A stretch of 63,263 nucleotides of DNA from an uncultured Clostridia bacterium (GTDB lineage: Bacteria > Bacillota > Clostridia > Christensenellales > UBA1750): NCBI GenBank assembly GCA_944383925.1, contig CALWRM010000157.1, positions 1-63,263 on the forward strand. Direction: 5' to 3'. The notes under the pieces are model-generated. The model searched no databases, had not been told where the DNA came from, and worked only from the letters and a program-made list of their open reading frames with translations. A program made the position numbers and the translations under genes. Numbering within the stretch: the stretch's first letter is position 1; every line of letters begins with the position of its first letter. This document shows positions 57,073 to 63,263 of this stretch, one piece after another.

Positions 57073-58805
57073 CCGCGGCGCACCTCCTCGCTCTTCAGCT
57101 GGGAATGGCAGATTTCCTTATAGACCTCGCTCGTTTGGTAAAGGGCGCCATGGCTAGCAAAGCCGGCCATGTGGCCGTCCTCCAGCACGAGAATGGCGTC
57201 GGCGTTTTGGATGGAGGCGACCCGTTGGGACACCACGAAGACCGTGGTGCCAAAGCCGTTTTCGCGCAGGGCTTTGCGCAGCGCCGCCTCGGTGGCATAG
57301 TCTAGGGCCGAGGCGCTGTCGTCCAGGATTAGAATTTGCGGGCGCTTGACCAAAGCCCTGGCAATGGTGAGGCGCTGACGCTGACCGCCGGAAAGGTTCT
57401 TGCCGTCCTGCAGCACCGGCGCGTCCAAGCCATCCTCCTTTTCGCGCACGAAGTCCGCGGCTTGGGCGATTTCCAGGGCGCGCCACAGGTCCTCTTCCGA
57501 CGCCTTTTCGTTGCCAAAGAGAAGGTTGGAGCGGATGGTTCCGCGGAACAGGGAGGCTCGCTGGGGTACGATGCCCACCCTGTTTCGCAAGACCTTAAGC
57601 GGATAGTCCTGCAAGGGCCTGCCATCCAGCAGGACAACTCCGGCGCTGGGGTCGAAAAAGCGGGGGATCAGGTTGACGAGCGTCGACTTTCCGCTGCCGG
57701 TGCCGCCGATCACACCGATCCATTGGCCTTGGCGCACGGCAAAATCAATGGCGCTAAGCGCGAAATCCTGTGCGCCGGGATAGCTGAAATAAACGTTTTG
57801 AAAGGCGAGCTTGGCCGCGCCGCTTTCCGGCGTGGGAACCGCAACGGCTCGATCCACAACAGTGGGCTTGATCGCCATCAATTCTGCAATGCGCTGCATG
57901 GAGGCCGTGGCCCGGGTCATGCTGATGATGAGGTTGGCCAAGGCCACCAAAGCCAACAGGATCTGGGACATATAGTTGATCAGGGCGATGAGCTGGCCCT
58001 GGCTTAGCTGGCCAGCATTTACGCGCACGCCGCCAAACCAGAGGATGCACAGCACGGCCAGGTTTACGATGGTAAAGGTAGCTGGATTGAGCAAGGCGGA
58101 AATGCGCCCGGCAAGCAGCTGCGCCTGGGTCAGCTTGGAGCTGGCGTCCACAAAGGCAGCCTGTTCATCCTTTTGCCTGGAAAAGGCCCGAATGACGCGC
58201 GCGCCGGAAAGGTTTTGCCGGGTAAGCTTGGAGACCAGGTCTAGCCTTCCCTGAATGCCCCGATACATGGGCAGGGTAAAGCGCATGACCAGATAGATGC
58301 ACAGGGCCAGCAGGGGAGAGGCGGCCAGGAAGATGACGGTCAGCTTCACGTCGATGAACAACGACATGAGCACCGCGCCAATCACGATGAAAGGGGAGCG
58401 CAAGAACAGGCGCAAAACCAGGTTGACGCCCGCTTGGGCTTGGTTGATGTCCACGGTCAGGCGGGTTACGAGCGAGGGCGCGCCGGCCTGTTCCAGCTGC
58501 ACCTGCGCCAAGGTGTTGATGTGGTGAAAGACGGCCTGTCGCAGGCCGGTGCCAAAGCCCATGGAGGCCTTGGCTGCAAAGTACTGAGCCGTGAGCGAGC
58601 TAGCGAAGCCGAGCAGGCCGAGCCCAACCAACACGGCTCCCATGGAGAGCACGTACCCTCGATCCCCGGCCGGAACCCCCCGGTCGATGACCGCCGCCAT
58701 CACCAGGGGAACGGCGAGCTCAAAGCAGGCTTCCAACAGCTTGAAGAGGGGGCCAACGACGGACTCCATGGCATAGGGCTTGAGGTAAGCGAGCAATTTC
58801 TTCAT
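57069..58805 (-). CDS. ABC exporter, fused permease/ATPase subunit (partner half)
   Basis: Six TM helices plus an NBD with Walker A motif GGTGSGKST, signature LSGGQRQ, and Walker B motif LILDDSAS. Its stop overlaps the downstream partner's start. Confidence 0.9.
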   Translation of the reverse strand: MKKLLAYLKPYAMESVVGPLFKLLEACFELAVPLVMAAVIDRGVPAGDRGYVLSMGAVLVGLGLLGFASSLTAQYFAAKASMGFGTGLRQAVFHHINTLAQVQLEQAGAPSLVTRLTVDINQAQAGVNLVLRLFLRSPFIVIGAVLMSLFIDVKLTVIFLAASPLLALCIYLVMRFTLPMYRGIQGRLDLVSKLTRQNLSGARVIRAFSRQKDEQAAFVDASSKLTQAQLLAGRISALLNPATFTIVNLAVLCILWFGGVRVNAGQLSQGQLIALINYMSQILLALVALANLIISMTRATASMQRIAELMAIKPTVVDRAVAVPTPESGAAKLAFQNVYFSYPGAQDFALSAIDFAVRQGQWIGVIGGTGSGKSTLVNLIPRFFDPSAGVVLLDGRPLQDYPLKVLRNRVGIVPQRASLFRGTIRSNLLFGNEKASEEDLWRALEIAQAADFVREKEDGLDAPVLQDGKNLSGGQRQRLTIARALVKRPQILILDDSASALDYATEAALRKALRENGFGTTVFVVSQRVASIQNADAILVLEDGHMAGFASHGALYQTSEVYKEICHSQLKSEEVRRG

Positions 58806-58844
58806 AGGAAACAGCACCTTTTCCCTTCACTTTCCTTATTTTCC

Positions 58845-58874
58845 ATTATAAACGAGAAGGGCTTTTCCACACAA
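58845..58874 (-). promoter_or_regulatory. Candidate promoter of the ABC exporter pair
   Basis: On the minus strand: TTGTGT (58874-58869), an 18-nt spacer, then TATAAT (58850-58845). Confidence 0.4.
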
Positions 58875-58973
58875 TGGGCAATGGTTAAGGCTGGGTGAAG
58901 TTTTTTCTGCGTAGCTGCTTTTATCTTTATCTGCCGCCGCTTTTTGCACGCGGCAAAAAAGGAAAACGCTCGC

Positions 58974-59002
58974 TTGATGTGGAATTTGAAGATGTTTAGA
59001 AT
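58974..59002 (+). promoter_or_regulatory. Candidate promoter of the MBL hydrolase gene
   Basis: TTGATG (58974-58979), a 17-nt spacer, then TAGAAT (58997-59002). Confidence 0.45.
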
Positions 59003-59039
59003 CGCTTCTATTGCATGCATAAGGAAAGGAGAAGAAAGG

Positions 59040-59756
59040 ATGCAGGACAAAAGAGTATCCGCAGACGGCGTGTACGAGGCTTGGCAGCCCTTTGCGGGCG
59101 TTTGGGCCATCGAGGAGGGCGGCGTTCGCAGCTTCCTCATCGACGGCGGCGAGGAGGCCCTGCTCATCGACACCGGCTTTGGCAAGGGCGATCTAAAGTC
59201 CTTCCTTTCCACGCTGACCCAGGGCGAGATCCGGCTGGTTAACACCCATGCGGATGGGGATCATCTGGGCTGCAACCACCAGTTTGCGCAGGCCTTCATG
59301 CATCCGGCGGAGTTTGACCGCTATCTGTTTGAAAAGGAGCGTCCTTGCGCGCCCGTGCCCCTGTGGGAAGGTGAACACCTGCGCTGCGGCGGCTTCGACT
59401 TGGAAGTGGTGCTGATCCCCGGCCATACGCCGGGCAGCATCGCGCTGTTGGATGAAAAAAAGCGCCTGCTCATTTCCGGAGACAGCGTGCAGTCCGGTGC
59501 CGTGTACCTCTTTGGCCAGGGAAGAAACCTGCCCGCCTATCGCGCGAGCCTGGACAAGCTGGCCGCCCTGTCTTACCGCTTCGATTGGGTGCTGCCCTCG
59601 CATGGCGAGGCCCTGATCCCCGCCAGCGCCCTGCGGGATGTGCGGGAAGGCGCCGCCGCCCTACAGGCCGGACAACTGCAACCGCAGGAACCGCCAAGAC
59701 CCATGCCCTGTAAGCTGTACACCACCGGCAAGGCGAGCTTCCTGTACGAAGCATAA
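59040..59756 (+). CDS. MBL-fold metallo-hydrolase
   Basis: THADGDH metal motif (HxHxDH variant) and the downstream His in GHTPGS. A GA-rich SD lies upstream of ATG 59040. Confidence 0.85.
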   Translation: MQDKRVSADGVYEAWQPFAGVWAIEEGGVRSFLIDGGEEALLIDTGFGKGDLKSFLSTLTQGEIRLVNTHADGDHLGCNHQFAQAFMHPAEFDRYLFEKERPCAPVPLWEGEHLRCGGFDLEVVLIPGHTPGSIALLDEKKRLLISGDSVQSGAVYLFGQGRNLPAYRASLDKLAALSYRFDWVLPSHGEALIPASALRDVREGAAALQAGQLQPQEPPRPMPCKLYTTGKASFLYEA

Positions 59757-59776
59757 GGACAGCCCGCCAAACAAAA

Positions 59777-59815
59777 ACCCGCCCCAAAGGCAGTTTCCTT
59801 GGGGTGGGTTTTTTG
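59777..59815. terminator. Bidirectional intrinsic terminator
   Basis: ACCCGCCCCAAAGG / CCTTGGGGTGGGT stem with one G-U pair and one bulge, flanked by AAAAA upstream and TTTTT downstream. It lies between convergent genes. Confidence 0.75.
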
Positions 59816-59846
59816 CATCTATCGTTCTGCTTGCGCCCCTCTCCGC

Positions 59847-61475
59847 TCAGGGCGAGGAGACGGGCATTTCGGTTGCGGAGGCTCTTGCCTGGGCCAGCTG
59901 TTGTTCCAGCTCCTGGATGGTTTCCTCCACCATCAACAGCGCGCTTTCGCGGTTGTTGCCCTGCAAGGCGGCAATGGTACGAAGCTGCTGATATTGACTT
60001 CCGTTCCAGGCGCAACCCGCATCCGTGAGCAACCAGCCGCCATTGACCCATACGAAGCTGGCGTTGCCATCAAAACATACGCCCGGAACGCCGTCGCTGC
60101 GGCTTAGGGATATATAGGCCCGGAAGGAAAACTGCTGGCTGTTGTTCTCCGAATGGGTGTCGAGCATGTGCACGGAAACCACGGGTAGGGTGTGCAGGCG
60201 CTCGTCGTAATCCTGTTCTTCCACCAAACGGATGCGGTACTTGGCCCAATATAGGTCGAAGTAGTTGGCGGCCGTGCCCTGAACGCCGGACGGAAGCCGC
60301 GAGGGCGCCTTCATCGTATACAGGCTGGTCCAAAGCTCGGACAAGAAGCGTTCCAGTATCCGCGTTGGGGTATCGGGCATGCCGTCGTCGTAGCTAGGCG
60401 CCGATGCCGGATCGTCCAAGGACGCATAGGCGGTCGCCAGCCTTCCCTCCGCGGGGGTATAGACGACGCCCGTCGCCATATCCACCAGCACGTCCAGGGG
60501 CCGTTCGCCTTCCGCCTGCCCGTTGCACAGCCGGAATTCCCAGGCGGGCGCATACAGGCAGTCCTGCCCGGTGAAGACGTTGGTCAAGACGGGCGCGGCG
60601 TCGCAAAGAAGATCCACGCTCGCCAGGCTGGCGCCATCGCCCGCCCTGTGTTGGCTTCGCACATAGTTGAGGGAGTGGAGGGCCTCTTCAAAGCAGAGAA
60701 TTCGCGAAGGCCTAGCCGCGCTGGTTGGCTGAAAGACGTCCCAGACCAGCTCCAGGCTTGAGCAACCAAGGCTGTTGACCATGGCGGTAAGGCCGTTTTC
60801 GGGAATTTGAAAGCCGTCCAATTGCCTTGTCCAGACAAATTCGTAGGCGAGCGTCTGGCCGTCGTCGCCGTCCAAGGCACGCTGGCTGGTCAAGACCGCG
60901 TCGGGTGGCTGATCATAGGCGTCGCTATCCAGAACCAGGCGCGCCTGCTCCTGGGCCGCGGCCATCAACGATGGCGCGTCCTCCGGGTTCAGCGGCGACG
61001 CCTCGGCGGAAGAAGCTCCATCCAGATAAAAGGAGACGGCGTTTTGCCGCACTTCCAGCCAGGCGGGCAGAGACTGGCCGGAGGATCCCAAATAGCATAA
61101 GCCGCTGTACCGCTGGACTTGGCCGTCCTGGGCAAGGACTTCCTCGCTCGTGGACAGAAAGATGCGCCTAGCGATGGCGGCGGCGGAAAAGCGGCCGTCC
61201 TGTAGCTGGGTGACCTTGTGGTAATACCAGCTACCCTCCGGCAGGGCGGGGGCCTCAAGACCCTGGGCGGAAATGGGCGTCAGATTGGTATCGCCGTTCA
61301 AGGGATAGGGGGAGGCCTCCGGCAAGGACGAGGCCTGGGCCTGCGGCGTTGCCTCCGCGGAGGCGGACGGCCGCTGCATGAGAAAGGGTTCCTGGCTGGT
61401 CTGCGAAGAAAGGTGCACCCCACAGCCTGTCAGCAGCATGAGAAGCGGCAAAAGCAGGCAGAGCATCCTTCGCAT
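59847..61475 (-). CDS. Hypothetical lipoprotein (542 aa), no family recognised
   Basis: AAGGAG lies 10 nt upstream of ATG 61475. Lipobox LLTGC. An Ala/Ser/Pro/Gln-rich linker precedes a large extracytoplasmic region. The gene has its own terminator. Confidence 0.7.
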   Translation of the reverse strand: MRRMLCLLLPLLMLLTGCGVHLSSQTSQEPFLMQRPSASAEATPQAQASSLPEASPYPLNGDTNLTPISAQGLEAPALPEGSWYYHKVTQLQDGRFSAAAIARRIFLSTSEEVLAQDGQVQRYSGLCYLGSSGQSLPAWLEVRQNAVSFYLDGASSAEASPLNPEDAPSLMAAAQEQARLVLDSDAYDQPPDAVLTSQRALDGDDGQTLAYEFVWTRQLDGFQIPENGLTAMVNSLGCSSLELVWDVFQPTSAARPSRILCFEEALHSLNYVRSQHRAGDGASLASVDLLCDAAPVLTNVFTGQDCLYAPAWEFRLCNGQAEGERPLDVLVDMATGVVYTPAEGRLATAYASLDDPASAPSYDDGMPDTPTRILERFLSELWTSLYTMKAPSRLPSGVQGTAANYFDLYWAKYRIRLVEEQDYDERLHTLPVVSVHMLDTHSENNSQQFSFRAYISLSRSDGVPGVCFDGNASFVWVNGGWLLTDAGCAWNGSQYQQLRTIAALQGNNRESALLMVEETIQELEQQLAQARASATEMPVSSP

Positions 61476-61652
61476 GGGACCCGGACTCCTTTCCAACAGC
61501 AGACTAAATTTCCCTTAGTATACCATACAAATGTAACAGAGTTGTACATGCCCGGTAAATTTTCAACCTGGCCCAAGGGCAGACATGGGGGCCGGCATAG
61601 AGCTTATCCTCCCGGCATAGGGATAAAAGCAAAGGGAGGTGAGACGGGGAAT

Positions 61653-62552
61653 ATGCAGGATGTCATCAAGCGAAGCTGCGAACCCTTTCGGACTTTGCTG
61701 CAAGCCCTGCCGGAGGTTGAAAGGCGCAACGCGCGGGAAATACGCATACGCGCCGGACAGCCGGTGCGGGTGTTGGGGCTGAGCGATACGGCGCTGGGCG
61801 CGCAGGGACGTCCTTTCTGCCCTTCCGAGGCGCAGGTGGCCGAGCTGCTGCGCGCCTTTTGCGGGCAGTCGCCCTATGCCTTTGAGGAACAGATGGCAAA
61901 CGGCTACCTGACCTTGCCCGGCGGACACAGGGTGGGGCTTTGCGGCCATGCCGTTCTGCGGGAGGGGAAGCTGGCCCGGCTGAGCAAGGTGCAGGGCATG
62001 AACATTCGCATCGCCAGACAGGTGCCGGCGGCCGGGGCCGTGCTTTCCTTTTTGATGAACGGCGGCCGCGTGCGCAATACGCTGGCCGTGTCGCCGCCGG
62101 GCATGGGGAAGACGACGCTTCTGCGCCATCTGGCCCTATTGTTAAGCGATCGCGGCTTTCAGGTCGCCTTGGTGGACGAACGCGGCGAGCTGGCCGCCAT
62201 GCAGGGCGGCCTACCGCAGCTCAAGGTGGGCGCGCGCACGGACGTGATGGAGGGCTGCCCCAAGGCCCAGGCCATTCCCCTGCTCATACGGGCGATGTCG
62301 CCGGATGTGTTGGTGACCGATGAAATCGGCGGCCAAGGGGATTGCGTGGCCCTGGAGGAGGCGGCGCGCTGCGGCGTCGCCGTCATCGCAAGCGCCCATG
62401 GAAGCAGCATTCAGGATTTATACCTGCGTCCCAAGCTGCGTGAAATTCTGGAACAGGGCGTGTTTGAACGCTTTGTCGTGCTTGGGCAAAGCCCGGGCCA
62501 TGTGTGCGGGGTGTACGATGGGGAGGGAAGGCTATGCCGCTGCGCCTGTTAG
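61653..62552 (+). CDS. spoIIIAA: Stage III sporulation protein AA (AAA+ ATPase)
   Basis: EIRIRAGQPV N-terminal motif, Walker A motif SPPGMGKTTLLR, Walker B motif LVTDEIG, and VIASAHG. Confidence 0.9.
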   Translation: MQDVIKRSCEPFRTLLQALPEVERRNAREIRIRAGQPVRVLGLSDTALGAQGRPFCPSEAQVAELLRAFCGQSPYAFEEQMANGYLTLPGGHRVGLCGHAVLREGKLARLSKVQGMNIRIARQVPAAGAVLSFLMNGGRVRNTLAVSPPGMGKTTLLRHLALLLSDRGFQVALVDERGELAAMQGGLPQLKVGARTDVMEGCPKAQAIPLLIRAMSPDVLVTDEIGGQGDCVALEEAARCGVAVIASAHGSSIQDLYLRPKLREILEQGVFERFVVLGQSPGHVCGVYDGEGRLCRCAC

Positions 62553-63013
62553 GAGCGGGTTTGAGCGGACTGTGCTTTGTGGGCTGCGGCTTTGTCTCCG
62601 CGGCCCTACTGCGAAGGCGCTTGCAGGGGACTTTGGCGGCTTGCGAGGCCGTGCGCCTGCTGGAGGGCCAGATCTGCCGCCTGGACGTCCCCTTCGCCGA
62701 AGCCGTCCAGGACCTTGGCGGGGATAACCCGTTGCTCGAGGCGCTGGGCCGAGAGGCGGATCCCCTGGAAGAGGGCGCATGGCAACGGGCGGCCCTTTCC
62801 GTCGGGCTTGCGCGGGAGGATTTGGGACCGCTGCTTCGCCTGCGACGGGCTGTGCCCCGGCTGGGCCGCGGGGACGTTTCCGACTTTGAACTATGCCGGC
62901 AGGAGCTGGAACTGCGGGCCGCCGGTGCAAAAAGACGGTGGGAAAGAGAAGGGGTTTTGCACAAAAAGCTGGGCGCGCTTCTGGGAGCCGCCGCCTTTAT
63001 GCTGCTTTGCTAA
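62534..63013 (+). CDS. spoIIIAB: Stage III sporulation protein AB
   Basis: N-terminal TM segment, a helical body, and a C-terminal TM segment. GGGAGGGAAGG SD lies upstream of ATG 62534. It overlaps the spoIIIAA 3' end and sits at the expected position in the operon. Confidence 0.8.
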   Translation: MPLRLLGAGLSGLCFVGCGFVSAALLRRRLQGTLAACEAVRLLEGQICRLDVPFAEAVQDLGGDNPLLEALGREADPLEEGAWQRAALSVGLAREDLGPLLRLRRAVPRLGRGDVSDFELCRQELELRAAGAKRRWEREGVLHKKLGALLGAAAFMLLC

Positions 63014-63031
63014 AGAAAAGGGGGATGGTCG

Positions 63032-63229
63032 TTGAGCATTGACTTGGTGTTTCGCATTGCGGCCGGCGGTATACTGCTGGCGGTGCTCAACCAGGTGCTC
63101 AAGGGAGCCGGCAGGGAGGACATGGCCACGTTGGCCACGCTTGCGGGCTTGGTGATCGTGCTTGTGATGGTGATCGATTTGGTGGCCCAGCTGTTCGACT
63201 CGGTCAAGGCCCTGTTTCAGCTGTATTAG
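63032..63229 (+). CDS. spoIIIAC: Stage III sporulation protein AC
   Basis: 65-aa two-TM protein (FRIAAGGILLAVLNQVLKGAGRED...) at the expected operon position. An AGGAGG SD for the next gene (spoIIIAD) is visible at the window end. Confidence 0.85.
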   Translation: MSIDLVFRIAAGGILLAVLNQVLKGAGREDMATLATLAGLVIVLVMVIDLVAQLFDSVKALFQLY

Positions 63230-63263
63230 GCCGGGCGTCCTTTCACGATAGAGGAGGTTCCCT

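Overview
Hand annotation only; no searches or computations were run. This looks like a high-GC chromosomal segment from a spore-forming Firmicute (Clostridia-like). A hand-counted 100-nt sample of the backbone gave 63 G+C. Nearly all of the window is coding and most of it is housekeeping. From left to right it contains: mutS2; an OmpR-type two-component pair next to htrA; the classic yqfC-yqfD-phoH-pgpH(yqfF)-ybeY-era-recO block; cca, a YkgJ-type Cys-cluster protein and an orphan DNA methyltransferase; an arabinofuranosidase/mutarotase sugar group; and leuS. Next comes a lower-GC segment of about 7.5 kb carrying a YesN/YesM-like two-component system, a Zn-dehydrogenase and an LplABC-type sugar ABC importer. 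After that come an M20 peptidase, miaB, ylbF-like, mutS-mutL-miaA-hfq-ynbB, an xpaC-telA-lemA-TPM envelope-stress operon, tRNA-Trp, a GT2-GtrA fusion, rarA, tldD-pmbA, two Gfo/Idh/MocA oxidoreductases, a heterodimeric ABC exporter, an MBL hydrolase, an orphan lipoprotein, and the start of the spoIIIA operon. I found no CRISPR array, integrase, transposase, prophage or recognisable defence system. Five observations stand out. (1) ybeY and era form one uninterrupted reading frame. (2) A 59-codon, 8-Cys ORF with a strong SD falls below the ORF-track cutoff. (3) The four-gene xpaC-telA-lemA-TPM operon ends in a TPM protein with a PRPP/GGGF repeat tail. (4) The lower-GC sugar-uptake segment looks acquired. 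(5) An orphan beta-class DNA methyltransferase is translationally coupled to a YkgJ-like protein. The many long antisense ORFs in the track are high-GC artefacts. All family assignments rest on motif and pattern recognition and need database confirmation.
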